From NCBI RefSeq assembly GCF_006345805.1, contig NC_043000.1, positions 104,160,001 through 104,224,000 on the forward strand: a stretch of 64,000 nucleotides of DNA, in the 5' to 3' direction. Shown in pieces: positions 51,901-64,000 of the stretch (positions are counted from its first letter, which is position 1; every line of letters begins with the position of its first letter). The position numbers were made by a program, and so were the translations under genes. The notes under the pieces were generated by a model that was not told where the DNA came from, did not search any database, and saw nothing but the letters and a program-made list of their open reading frames with translations. The DNA is from Octopus sinensis (Eukaryota).

Positions 51901-54900
51901 ACTGCAAAATACATTTGCGCAATTAGGCTGTTGAGACAAACTTCCTTTTAACTTTTGGATTGTTATTGGGTAACATATTTTTTCTGATTATTTAATGGGA
52001 TGTAAATGCATATTTACATGACATTTTTTTGTTATCCATACTAGGAACCTGTGGTTTACAACCAGGAAGGGAACTTGAAAATTGTTGCTATTGATTGTGG
52101 TATGAAATACAACCAAATTCGTTGTTTGACTCAGAGGGGTGTGTCTGTGAAGGTTGTACCATGGAACTACCCTGTGAAACCAGATGGTAAGTAACTCCAA
52201 ACTAGCTGTGTGGATTGATTACTGATTTATTTCATCAAGTGCAGACATGGCTCTGTGGTTCTAGATTCAATCCCACTGCATGGCACCTTAGGCAGGTGTC
52301 TTCTACTAAAACCCTGAGCTGATCAAAGCCTTGTAATTGGATTTGGCAGATGGAAACGGGAAGAAGCCTATTGTATGTATGTGTGTTGGTCTCTCCTTGT
52401 CTAGACATTGTGTAATTGCTGTAAGCAAGTGTTACTGTCACACAAGTTGTGTCCTTTTCCCAAGCTTCAATGAAAGCATGTCCAGCCAATGGATAAAAAT
52501 TACTTTACTTGGAAACAGGTGAGGGCTGGCAACAGGAAGACCATTTGCTTATAAAAAATCTTCCTGAATAAATCTCATTCGATCCACGCAAGCATGGAAA
52601 AGTGGATGTTAAAATGATGTGTACAGGTAGGTTGAGATCTCAGAATATGGGTATGAAACCTGAGTATTGTGCAGGGAGTCTTTTCAAAAATATATTTAGG
52701 CAAAGGAGAAGGGCAGCACTTATTTTTAGAGGTCCTTCTAGGATGATGGATGGATATTGTTCATAGTCCCTTTGAACTTCTGTAAGTTGATGCCTAACAG
52801 GAATATGTGGTGAGGAAGAGGAATGTTTGTGCAAAGTATTTGAGTGTTGCATGAAACATAATGACTGACAAAAGGAAGAGAGCTATATAATTTGAATGAG
52901 CTGGTGTTTAGATAAGCAGTTGTTAAAATGGTAAAAGATGCACTGAGAAGGAACCAGTGTGACTTTATGCCAATAGTTGTAGCATGTCAGTGAGTGAGGT
53001 TTTACCAGTTAGATGGAACCCAGCCCCTACACAATTGCTTGACCTGTTTTGGAATAGCAGCCAAATTCCCTGAAATTCATGTACTATATTTAAAAAAAAA
53101 GGAAGGATACACAGGACAATGTACCTCATCATATGGAAACTTTGTATTGTTATGGCTGGCACCTTTGATCATATAGTCTATCCAATCAGTACTGATATAG
53201 GATTAAGCAATAACTAAACAGTACAGGTAACATTAGAATATCATGCAATAATGCTAATCAAGGTTTAAATTCTAAATTACTTATACCAACACTTTCACAG
53301 TTACCTAGTTAATTCCTATAATTCCTTCTCAGGCATCACTTTCTGCTCTACATGCCTAAGTTAGTTGCTCCAACAGTGTGGTCAACAATCTGCCAATTCT
53401 CTTCTGGCCACCTCCTCGACTTCATTATTTGCATATCATTGAGCAAAAAAAAAAAATTGTGGGTTAATTGTACCATATATATTAATTAGTATGACAATTT
53501 TAGGAAACTAAATCTCCTTCAAATTGCACACTAACATTTTGAAAAAGGAAGGGCACCTTAGATAATGTTGAATATCCTGCTCTTAAATTAATATGCAGAC
53601 ACATGTGGTTTTAGCATAATTCTCATGCAGAGTCGGTGTGTGTGTGAATAAGTACAATCTTGTCTGACAAGCGTCTATAGAATTCTATCCAACCCAGTTT
53701 CACTTGCAAGCTATGGGTCAATCTGAGGTTATAGAAAATGACATTTGCCCAAGATGCCATACAGTGGATTGAACTTAAGGCTTTGTAGATATGAAACAAG
53801 CTTCTCAGCCACTTCACCATGCTGCACTACTACCTTGGATAATAATGATATTTAAACCAGCGTTATCTGGCCCAAATATTCTACCTGTTCTATAATCAGG
53901 CAGGTCAGATCTGCTCTCATAACTACCCTATAGATATCATTCTAAAAATAAACCATCATACCATTGAAATCTTGAAGCTACAATGTAATGCATGATGAAT
54001 TCAAAACAATGTGAATAAATAAGTACTATATGATAGAGTAATCTGAATGCTTTAACATGAGTTAAAAGAAGACATGATTGTTATGGTTGGACTGTCTTTG
54101 ATCATAAGATGAAACAGAAACACACTGCAGTACATACATCATCATCATGTCTGTTTCCCATGCTGGCATGGGTTGGACGGTTTGACAGTAGCTAGCAAGG
54201 CCATGACAAAATATAGCAGTAAACAACCAAATGACTAAAATAGTCAACATTATATTCATCTTTGATAACCTTAAACACAATACACCAACATGGTTACTCA
54301 GTTTGCTAGAAAGAACAGCTAAAACTACCTAACTTGTGTCTTATGACCCCCCCCCCCCCAAAAAAAAAAATCGTTAAGTAATTTTATCCAAATTGTGCAG
54401 TGTCTGAATAAAAGATGGGTTGGCTACAACTGGGATAGTTTAGATCAGAGCTGACTTGAGGTTATACATTCTGAAATAATGTCTCAGGATCATGAAAACA
54501 GGGGAAACAGAAAACTATCAAACAAACTACAAAAGCAGTACTTTGTAAAATACTATACAACATAACTATATGTCAATGTAATTATGGCTTTGGACAAAGT
54601 GAGGGTAGACCATTCCTGAAGTAGGCAAGTTCAACAAGAGTTCAGTCTTTTTGTTATGCTTTTAAAGTATAAAAAAGAGCAACGTATTAGAAATAGCAGT
54701 CAAATTTCCCTCAAAGAACATCTCAGTTTCAGAAGAAGGGACACAAGAAAATGTTTCCTTGTAAAATTTTTGCTAGCCTTTTTACTCTCTCAATCTTTTT
54801 GCTTAACACTTATCTCTTCTGTACCTCGTTCAAGAAGGCCACTCTTTCACCTGTACCAGATATTCAGTTTATTGTTTGCCTCCTTTTATATTTTAATACT

Positions 54901-56706
54901 TTGATAGTCATAAAACTAATGATATTAATTTCGTAAATATGATGAAACTTCTAATAATTTCTAACAACAAGTTTATATTCAACTATATTGACTCTATTGT
55001 TTGATTGCTACTTTTAATTGTTGATCCTGGGAAGATATTTAAACAAAAGTATGGATGCTACCAGGCAGGTTTTGAACTCAGATCATTGTCCAATAGAATT
55101 TTTTAGAGGGAACATTTTAGAAGTAGGCAGTTTTCACCTATAGCACTTTTTAAAGTATAAAAAAAAGAGCAAACCGTTAGACATAGTGGCAAAATTTCCC
55201 TCAAATCATAACTTATTCTTGGAAGGAAGGCTACATTGAATAATGTGAAATAATGAATACACTTGAAAGGCATTTTTGCTTCTCCTATCTCATTATTACA
55301 ATAATGATGATGATTTCAAATTTTGGAACAAGGTCAGCAATTTTGGAGGAAAGGATAAGTCCTTTACATGATCTCTAGTGTTCAGCTGATCCTCATTTTA
55401 TCAACCCTAAAAGCATGAAAGGCAAAGTCAACCTTGGTAGAATTTAAATTTAGAAGGTAAAGATGGATGAAATGTCACTAAGCATTTTGTCTGGTGTTTC
55501 ATCAATTCTGCCAGCTTGCTGCCTCAATAATAATAATTTCTTACATGTGCACAAGGCCTCAAATTCAGGGCCATTTTAATGTTGATTTTTGTCATCTATA
55601 GGATGATAAAAGGCTAAGGTGACCCATGCAGACTTGAAATCAGAGCATAAAGATCCATACCCAAATTCTGCAGAACTCTTGTGATTATGCCAATCCACTG
55701 CATTTGCTGCATAATAATTATAATCCTTCCTATCGGTACAAAGCCTGCAATTTTGGCTAGTTGATTTTATTGACCACTAAAAAGATAAAAAGCAAAGTGA
55801 GTCATGGTGGGATCTGAACTCAGAATGTAAATCATCATCATCGTTTAACGCCCGCTTTCATTGCTAGCATGGGTTGGACGATTTTGACTGAGGGCTGGCA
55901 AACCAGATGGCTGCACCAGGCTCCAATCTTGATTTGGCAGAGTTTCTACAGCTGGATGCCCTTCCTAAAGCCAAAAAAGATGGCTAAAATGCCACTAAGC
56001 ATTTTGCCCGGCATGCTAACAATTCTGCCAGCTCACCACCTTTACTACATAATAATTGATGCTGAATAATTACGTTTGAGTGAAGGAAATAACATGAAAA
56101 CTAGTTTCTGAATCCCTTTGTTTTTAGTATCATATCTTGTATGTGTGGGTGGTTCATGAATTTATTAATGGGTTGTATTTGTTGGTTTTTTAACCGTTTT
56201 ATATTATGTGTGTGTGCTTGTATGTTTAGTTGAATATCTAGCTCGTTCATAGATTAACAAATGAGGTCATTTAGAATATTTATTTACTTAACAATTTTAA
56301 GACACATATGCACACATTGCTGAAGTAGTATTGATATTGCTATTTCATCTTGTTTTTAAATTATTTTCTGTAGCAGTTGAGTAGGATTGGTGATTTTAGA
56401 GCAGGTGCACTTCCCATTGTTCACTGTGTGAATTAATGTGTGTGTGTTTGTGCAGGCATGTGTACACACACACAACTTTCTATCGTTGTTTTCACATCCA
56501 TTTTTTACATGGGCCAAACAGAATTTGTTGTAGCTGATTTTCTACAGCTGAATGCCCTTTCAACAAACTTCACATTTCCATGGAATATGAAAAAAAATAA
56601 AGGATGCTCATTTACAACTATTGTAGTGTCAGGACAAGAAGGATCTAACACATACTCACCCATGCATGCACACTGTCAGATACATACACGTATGTGTGTG
56701 TGTATG

Positions 56707-56743
<37 letters not shown>

Positions 56744-59700
56744 CGGGAAGCTTTATGAAAATAAACAAAAGACGAAGGCAGGTGGAAAACAAACGAACAA
56801 TTGTATTAGTATGGCGCTCAGGAAATATAAATAAAACAAGTCTTTATATACCTGCACACACACACACACGTGCTGAATCCACTCATGACTTTGATTGATA
56901 TGGGGTTATAACTGAAAACACTTGACCAACGTCCCACGCAGTGGGATTGAACCTTGGACCATGTTGTTGGGAAGTAAACTTCTCAATCATGCAGCCATAC
57001 CAGCACTTAGTGAAGAAAAGTATACATTTCACATATAGTTCATATTTCTGTTGTGTTCAACGGCTGTTTCTTTTGCCATAAACCTCATTATGTAATGAAA
57101 GATACATAATTTAAAAGTGATGGAAACCAAAAGCCCATTGAATGGAATGTACTTGTAATCCAAAGGTCTATCCTTGTTGTTCTGTGTCTGGAATACTGAG
57201 CTACTTACACTATAAATTGAGTTTGAATTTCTAAGTTGATTGAAAAACTGAAATACTGGTTGAAATCATGAGATCCATCATCTGTTTTTATACAGTAATA
57301 TTTATTTCTTTATTGCTCACAGGGGGCTAAACAGAGGGCACAAACAAGGACAAAGGGATTAAGTCGATTACATTGACTCCAGTGCGTAACTAGTACTTAT
57401 TTAATCAACCCCAAAAGGATGGAAGGCAAAGTTGACCTTGGCGGAATTTGAACTCAGAACGTAACGGCAAACGAAATACCACTAAGCATTTTGCTCAGTG
57501 TGGTTATTATTGCGCCAGCTCGCTGTCCTTTTATATAGTAATATTGCTGTAATGTTCTATCTATATAAGTCAAAGCTTCCTTTATAACTGTATATGTGTT
57601 TGTATGATTGTCCCCCTTGTGTATGCATGTGTCTTGCATATGTATTAGAGAAAAACAAGTTTTGTGCTATTTATATTTTACTCACATATTGATTTGTGAA
57701 GTGAACTGAAATAGGAACAACTAGACTGCAATTTTACTGCAGGTCACACTCATTAACAGAATTGCACAGAATATTCATACATGTTCATTAAGAGGATAGA
57801 AAGCAACAAATGAAGACCTGGTTATGCCTGATACTTAAAAAAAACTCATAACCTAATATGCTGGTGTAGGCTGTGTCATTGTACAATTAGTTGTATTGTC
57901 ATTACAGCCTACTTAATAACTTCATATGACAGAGGTGACTGCATCTGCAGGTTAGGAGTTGAAGTGTATTGATGAACAACTTCATACCATTTAGTTAAGG
58001 TGCTGTCTTTCTTTGGATACAGTCTAGGGTATGTGTGTTTGTAGCAACATTGTCCCAGTTGTGGATACAGTACTCCATTGTGGGTTTCACTTGAGTTTTG
58101 TAAAGATTTTGGAAGCTGAAGTATTTTCTGGCCTGCAAGAAGGCACTCTTTGCCATTTTAAGAATGTGTATTTGCTAGGTGAGATCTTCAGTGATGGTGA
58201 GGCTTAGCATTTGAAATGATTGTAAGGGTTTTAATTATATACTGTTAAAGTTGATGAGTGGAGATGGTTGCAATGTTTCCTTGAAATGGGCAGTGATTGT
58301 GTCTTTGCTGTTCAAGGTGATGAGATGGGTTACAATGAAAACAAAACAAAAAAAAAAGCACCATATTGTAAACTTGGAACACATCTGATTTCTTTCTTTT
58401 TAATTTTTATACTTTACATCACAGCAGTGCAAACTTCAACATTATGCAATTAGGTGTCATTTCTCTATAGCCTTCTTAACAATACTATATAACTTTATAT
58501 GTGTGTGTTTATATAGAAATAATGGATTGTGTGAGACGTAGTTTGTTGAAAGAAAGTGTGCAATTAGTAAGAAATGGCTGGTGGAAGGGTTATTTTGTTA
58601 CTCCAACGCAGCTGTTATCAATTAGACCTATGATTTGAGGCATTCCAGCCATGACCATTTGGACTTATATCTTTCTTTCTGGAAATGTATCCTGTTGTAC
58701 ATTAATCCAGTATCATTTAAGACAGTAGATGCAGTTTGAAGATTTAGCTCCTATTTCTAACAGGCTGAACTACTATATAGAGCTTGTCTGGTTTTCAAGT
58801 GTAAGTTGCACATTGCAAAGAGGGGTTTGAGACAGCACAGTATGAGGCCTGTGACTGAAGATTTTTAGTGAAGAAACTTTGTAACTCCAATCACTGTTCT
58901 TTTGTATGTATGTGGCATTGAGATTGTTGATTAAATAATTAAAAATGGCCAAGGAGTTCAGCACACTAGGAATATCCTACAACCAACTGTTTGTTGTCAT
59001 GCAATGTTTACTAAAGGACAGCACAATATGTAGCAATTAGTGCATGCCTTGGTATGAATGGAGATTTTGTGGGTAAATATTAGCTCTGTTTACAGGTATT
59101 GCCTGTCGGCTCTACTCCTGCAACTCAACTTGATTTCGAGCCGGGTCGTCTGCTGCTGGAGAGGACCGATCAGGTAAAGGACCTAGGTATCTTGGTGGAT
59201 TCCTCCTTTTCGCCTTCGGCCCAGTGTGTCCATGCTGCTAACAAAGCACGCGGAATTCTGTTCTTGATTCGACGGTCATTCGGAATGCTCACAGCAGCCA
59301 TATTCCTACCACTCTATGTCACACTGGTGAGACCCATATTGGAGTATGGGATTCAAGCCTCTTTTCCTTATCTCCTCAAAGACATACAGCATCTCGAAAG
59401 AGTCCAGAAGCTGGCTACCCGCATGGTTCATGGTCTCAAAAATTTGTCCTACGAAGAAAGGCTGAGGACGCTCGACCTTTATTCTCTTGAAAAACGCCGC
59501 CGCCGTAGTGATCTCATTCTCGCCCACAACATCATAAGCGGAAAGTGTAACCTCTCGAAAGAGCTGTTCTTCACTCCTGCTCCAGAGCGTCGGCTGCAGG
59601 GTCATTCCGAAAAGCTCTACCTGCGACGATTTCATCTCAATCGAAGGAGAGGAGCTTTCTCCGTCCGGGTTGCGGATCCGTGGAACAAGCTGCCAGACGA

Positions 59701-62700
59701 GATGGTGAAGATGCCGACGACCGCTTTGTTCAAAGCCTCCCTGGACCTCAAGTGGCCTGAACTCTTTACATGAACACCACCCTGTACTTAACTCCATGTC
59801 CCCCTACATGGCCTTGCTATTTGCTTTTGAGCCAAATTAACTAACTAACTAACACAGAATTTCTTTGGAGATAATGTGGGTTTGTTAGCTTGTATTTGTA
59901 TGGCTTTGTGCTAGCTTTTCATTTATGTATATGTATACTTGTGCTTGCTTTTGTTGTTTGGCTCCAGGTCAGCCTAAGTGAGATGATATCGGTAGCATTG
60001 CCTTTACTGTCTTTTTGTATGTCAGATTATATTGTTCAGTGTGCATTTCCTTTTTTTAAGATAGTAGTGTGATTTGAGGGAAACTTGATTTTTTTGTTTT
60101 TTTTTTTTTTTTTTGTTGCATGAAGAGGGCTATATGAAGTTCGTTAAGGCAAATTACATAGTGTGGTAATTAGTGCTCTAGTGAACCAAAGTATTGTAGT
60201 GAACAGTAAATATGTATGCAAGTAACTGTGAATGTATGTTTGTACCAATATAGTAGTAAACCATCAGTTCTGACCATGAACTTTGGTTTTTACTTACAAG
60301 TATACTAGAAGAAAAAATGTTAATACTCTTTAAAACGAGTAAACATCTGGCACAAGCCAATACACTTGGCAAAGGAAGAGTTCACTTGATAAATGTCAAA
60401 TAAATGAACATATTCATCTGCTATGTAGAGTGATACAACATTCCACTTAATAGGTTCAAATCCAGCAAAATCACAACATTCACCCTGCCTAAAAAAAATT
60501 TACAAACAGTTCAAAATTTAAGACTGTCCATAACGGTCTGGAGGTCTTACATGGTGTGAACGCCGAAGGGGTTTGGCAACAGGTGAAGGTTTTTCTAACA
60601 GGGTGGCATCAAGATTTTCTTCATTTTCTAATATGATGGGATCGTTTATAAGTATAAGAGTTCTCTCTAAGTTAAAAGCCTCTGTGGGTGTTTCAACAGA
60701 GCTCATATCAATTCCTGAGGGTGCCAGATCTTTAATGGCTACTGTATCCTCTTGGATACTTGATATGAACATAATATGGTTTGGATTCCAGTAGTTCTAC
60801 TTCTTGAACCAGAGGTTCATCCTTATTACGAATATACTTTCTGAATAGTACTTTACCAAGTTTAGTAAGTCGCGTAGGTGTGCTTGTACCACTAATGGAT
60901 TTTCGTGGATGTGAGAATAGTCGTTCATGTGGAGTACAATTTGTAGCGATGCATAACAGTGATCTAAGTGAGTGTAACACTTCAGGTAGGACAACTTCCC
61001 ACACTCGAACAGGTAGGTTTCTAGATTTTAAACCCAATGTAACGGTTTTTCACACTAAACCAACAAATACTCGCTTTGAGCATTTCTTGTTGGGTGATAT
61101 GGAGTAGATCTACTCATAGGGACACCTTTGGAGTGTAAAAATGACTTTAGTTCTAACGACATGAACGATGAACCTCTATCTGAATGTATATATCCCAGAA
61201 GGCCGAAGATTGAAAACAGAGACGTAAGACAGGAAATAACAGTAGAGGAAGAAGTATCCTTACAGGCAAAACCGAAAGGAAATCACAAATATTCATCCAC
61301 ACCTATTAATAAATGTATATTAAGGAAGACGATGGCAATGGCAGAGGACCATTAAAATCTTTGCCAAGTCTGTCAAATGGATGCATAGCAAGAATCAACT
61401 CATGATTTTCAGGCCTATAGAATTGTGGTTTATATTTCTGGCAAGTAGAACACTGGGAAATAACATTTTTTACATCGTCTACAGAATATGGTAGATTACA
61501 AACTTGAACAAAATGCACCATATTGCAGTTCCAGAGTGACACAACCTTTTATGTAATTTAAAAAGGTCTGTGTGAAAAGTAACAGCAAATTTCTCTTGAA
61601 AGAGTGTCGGCAGCAGTATTTAATGAAGCTGCTCAATGCTGTATGTTGTACTGTTAAGGCATAAGCTCTAACTTCCACCATTCAGTCTTCTTGTTCTTTG
61701 TCTTATCTCGATGATGGGTGTTGAAAATTGTAACCCACAGATTCTTGGTATTACCAAGGTAAATCTGCAACCCATGAGGAAGTGGTACCATTTCTTTATT
61801 GCTTCAAAAATAGCATAAGCTTCTTTTTCAATGGCTGAATGGTGCTTTTCGGAAGAGTTGAGCGTATGCAAGAAAAAGGCAGCCGGTCAGCCATCCTGGT
61901 TCAATGTAGCGGCGATAACCACATTGGATGCATCTGTTTCGATCGAAAAAGGCATATTGTCAATTCACATCTTTACAGCATTTAAAATTGCGGTCGTATT
62001 TGTGGGTCAGGTCTTTGATGGTGTCAACTGCCTCTTTAGACAGTGTTAGCAATATCTAAGTATGCATGATTTTTTAAAAATTTATTTTGATTTATGAAAT
62101 AATTCGCTGAAAACAAGCAACACCATTCGTTAACCCATAAGGAAGTCGTGTGAACTGATACAGACATCCATTTTCCTTGAATGTGGTATAAATTTTATTG
62201 TCTTTGTGGAGCAGTACACAATGAGAAGCACTATGTAACTAGAGATCTTGTTTACTAACTCATCTAGATTCAGCAAGGTAAATTCATCTAGATAAGTAAA
62301 CTTATTTATCGTAGCTAAGTAATCAATAACTAGTCTTTTTTTTGTATTGCTTTGAACCACATGTACTTGAGCTGTCCATGGTGAATTGCTTGATTCGATG
62401 ATGCCTTCCATCAACTATAGCTTGATTTTGAAAGAGATTATTTTGCTCATCCAACATATAAAATTTTTCCCACTGCTTTTTATTTATTTATTTATTTGTT
62501 TTTACTGCCTCTTATTAGTGCAGGCATTTCCCCCAAGCACATGCATTTGGGTTCAGATCTGTTGCATGGCACCTTAGGCAAGTGTCTTCTACTTTAGCCC
62601 TAGATTGATCAAATCCTTGTGAGTGTTGTTTTGATAAATGGAAACTGAAAGAAGCCTGTTATATAAATGTGTGTGTGTGTGTGTGTTACTATCTCCTTGC

Positions 62701-63648
62701 TCTGACATTACATGATAGCTGTAAACAAGAGTTACTGTCATGCAAACAGTCTCCTTCACTCTCAGTCTTTCGTGAAAACATGTGACTAGTGGAAGTCGTT
62801 GCCTTACTTGGAAATGAGGGCGGATTGACTAGGTGGTGGGGGAATCTAACTGTGAGAAACCAACTTCAAAAAATTTTGTCCAACTCATGTGGGCATGGAA
62901 AAGTGGACACCAAAGTTTTGATCATGATAATGCATAACTAAAAATAGCATAGCAATGAAAATACAGTAATTATTCTATGGCTACAATGTTATTTTAAACA
63001 TTTTGATTATGTGGACAAATATTTCTAGTTAGCTTTTGATGATGTACTGTAGACAACTTTGGATGTGTTTCAGTTTTAGAAGGGAATTTTTCTTTCACTC
63101 ATTTAATGAAACCACTAAGTAACAAATATGAACTCCAAGGTGATCCTAGACTCATTTTATTCTACAGGCAAAGGGCACAAAAGTAGTTATCTGCATCAGT
63201 GATAATCATAAAGTAAATTTTGCAAGTTTAATGCTTTTCATTTGAGATTTTCTTTTCTTCAGTTCATCATTGTTTTAAAGTTCACTTTTCTATGCTTGCT
63301 TGAGCCTTTTCCCCATAATATATGAACTTACCCAAATTACAATTTTACATAAGATTTGAACTCTTGATTTCATGTCTGATAGCTCAACATCCTTTGCAGC
63401 TGTTGCATGTGTGTGCATATGTTATTATAAATTTATGTATTTAGTCATTTAATCTCTTGCATATTTATGTTTTCAGAGTATGATGGTCTCTTCATAAGTA
63501 ATGGCCCAGGTGATCCAATGCTTTGCACAGACACTATTAATAACTTGAAGCGAGTGATTGATGATCCACAGTGTAAACCTATCTTTGGAATCTGTCTGGG
63601 ACACCAACTGCTCTCACTTGCTATAGGAGCAAAAACATATAAAATGAA
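32051..63648 (+). CDS. CAD: CAD (carbamoyl-phosphate synthetase 2 / aspartate transcarbamylase / dihydroorotase), 5' part: exons 1-6 encoding the CPSase small-chain/glutamine amidotransferase region; continues beyond window
   Basis: Six GT-AG exons join in compatible phases (106+270+59+84+142+172 = 833 nt). They give [53 protein letters not shown]...[20 protein letters not shown]...[12 protein letters not shown]...SNGPGDP...[10 protein letters not shown]. No mitochondrial presequence, and the catalytic Cys is retained (C260 here, 8-residue offset from human CAD C252). Confidence 0.95.
34976..35303 (+). mobile_element. tRNA-derived SINE family C in CAD intron 1
   Basis: A box TGGCTTAGTGG, B box GAGTTCGATTCC, GTGTCCTTGAGCAAGACAC central motif; 12-bp TSD AAATATTAATAA (34964-34975, 35304-35315). 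Confidence 0.85.
36097..36182. repeat. Perfect 43-bp tandem duplication in CAD intron 1
   Basis: ACTTCTTGACCTGTCATTTCACCTGCGAGAGTTTTAGGAAAGT at 36097-36139 and 36140-36182. Confidence 0.95.
38920..39260 (+). mobile_element. SINE family B with alternative 3' module (further copies ~45170-45560, 52233-52620, 62518-62930)
   Basis: Family B head then ...GAAAACATGTC...GGAAACAGGTGAGGG...GCATGGAAAAGTGGA(TGA)n type tail. Confidence 0.75.
41783..42052 (+). CDS. CAD: CAD exon 2
   Basis: Poly-T tract + TACAG acceptor; [36 protein letters not shown]...SIPAIC; donor G|GTAATT, phase 1. Confidence 0.96.
42726..43112 (+). mobile_element. SINE family B, full length, CAD intron 2
   Basis: Same layout as 14363-14779, partly CpG-decayed. 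Confidence 0.88.
44050..44430 (+). mobile_element. Heavily decayed RTE LINE 3' fragment in CAD intron 2
   Basis: [19 protein letters not shown]...KWQPEGRKS...KTTW resembles RTE C-terminus RRRWNWIGHVLRK...WQPEGRR.RGRPKTTW. Confidence 0.55.
44715..44773 (+). CDS. CAD: CAD exon 3
   Basis: TTTTCACAG acceptor; [20 protein letters not shown]; donor AAG|GTAATT, phase 0. Confidence 0.95.
49160..49305 (-). ncRNA. Degenerate type-I hammerhead ribozyme with extended stem II, antisense in CAD intron 3
   Basis: Minus strand reads ATCT-CCAAAGA-GGCC-(96 nt containing an 11-bp perfect stem, 49202-49212 with 49254-49264)-GGCC-GAA-ACAGCTGT-A-AGAT; core differs from CUGANGA at positions 4 and 5. Confidence 0.6.
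50891..50974 (+). CDS. CAD: CAD exon 4
   Basis: TCTTCTTTAG acceptor; [28 protein letters not shown]; donor AAG|GTTTGT, phase 0. Confidence 0.93.
52045..52186 (+). CDS. CAD: CAD exon 5
   Basis: CATACTAG acceptor; [47 protein letters not shown]; donor G|GTAAGT, phase 1. Confidence 0.95.
55330..56040 (-). mobile_element. Two old SINE family A copies, the second interrupted by a (TGA)n-tailed element at ~55833-55975
   Basis: CpG-depleted family A sequence split at GAATGTAAA|TCATCATC...GCCAA|AAAAGATGG. Confidence 0.7.
57303..57527 (-). mobile_element. SINE family A, relatively young intronic copy
   Basis: Same sequence as 1026-1385, many CpGs retained. Confidence 0.85.
57900..58320 (-). mobile_element. 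Decayed CR1/I-type LINE RT C-terminal fragment in CAD intron 5
   Basis: Minus strand [16 protein letters not shown] resembles YKAQVRP.MEYCSHIW. Confidence 0.45.
59096..59852 (+). mobile_element. Young 5'-truncated CR1-clade LINE in CAD intron 5
   Basis: Uninterrupted 224-codon frame (VKDLGILVD...LVRPILEYG...[12 protein letters not shown]...[23 protein letters not shown]...WNKLP); GC/CpG-rich; (TAAC)n tail. Confidence 0.92.
60515..62420 (-). mobile_element. Decayed Gypsy pol fragment (RT, RNase H, integrase) antisense in CAD intron 5, with LTR-like insert ~61038-61320
   Basis: [20 protein letters not shown]; [20 protein letters not shown]; [12 protein letters not shown]; [23 protein letters not shown]. 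Confidence 0.8.
63477..63648 (+). CDS. CAD: CAD exon 6 (GATase catalytic Cys)
   Basis: TTTTCAG acceptor; [17 protein letters not shown]...[25 protein letters not shown]; donor AA|GTAGGT, phase 2. Confidence 0.95.
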
Positions 63649-64000
63649 GTAGGTTGATAGTACTTTCATGTATATCAAAATGTTTTGTACCACTTATTCA
63701 TTTATTTGTTTATCTGAAGTACTGTTGAAAAGAAAGCTGTTTGTGCCAGTGGAATGTTAAAAGCACATCTGAACGTGGGTGTAACCGGTCCTCTTATGAG
63801 TACCCTTCATTCATTGGGCAATGAACTTTGCTTGCGAAGACCTATTGAAGCAAGTGTAAGCAAATCAAAATCGCTGATGTGACTGATGACAGTACTGTCT
63901 GATTGACACTTGTGCCTGTGGAATGTTAAAAGCACATCCGAGCATGATTGTTGTCAAGGCCAAGGATCAGCTCCTGTGCCAGTGACACATGAAAAACACC

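Noticed and set aside
32051-63648. Alternative identity as mitochondrial CPS1/CPS III
   Set aside because: No mitochondrial presequence; collinear with CAD at a constant 8-residue offset. Downstream DHOase/ATCase exons lie outside the window, so the fusion itself is not seen

Overview
AT-rich, microsatellite- and SINE-rich animal genomic DNA. The tRNA-derived SINE families look like those of octopus (inference from repeat recognition, not a database search). The right half holds the promoter and first six coding exons of CAD on the + strand (ATG 32051, exon 6 ends 63648). These 833 coding nt span 31.6 kb and encode the glutamine amidotransferase part with an intact GICLGHQ catalytic Cys; the gene continues past the window. 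The left half (1-31.5 kb) has no recognisable host gene and is a stack of transposon relics: two hAT elements, a CRE-clade retrotransposon, Tx1/L1-like ORF1 relics, Penelope and RTE fragments, two non-autonomous Helitrons, nested Gypsy elements and LTRs, and a Merlin-like element with a perfect 8-bp TSD. The most notable observations are: (1) two type-I hammerhead ribozyme folds, one core-intact at 8.2 kb and one with a long stem II and a mutated core, antisense in CAD intron 3; (2) a CpG-depletion boundary at about 35.8 kb that suggests gene-body methylation; (3) young CR1 and RTE fragments resembling parasitic-worm families, as horizontal-transfer candidates. I found no convincing novel protein-coding system.
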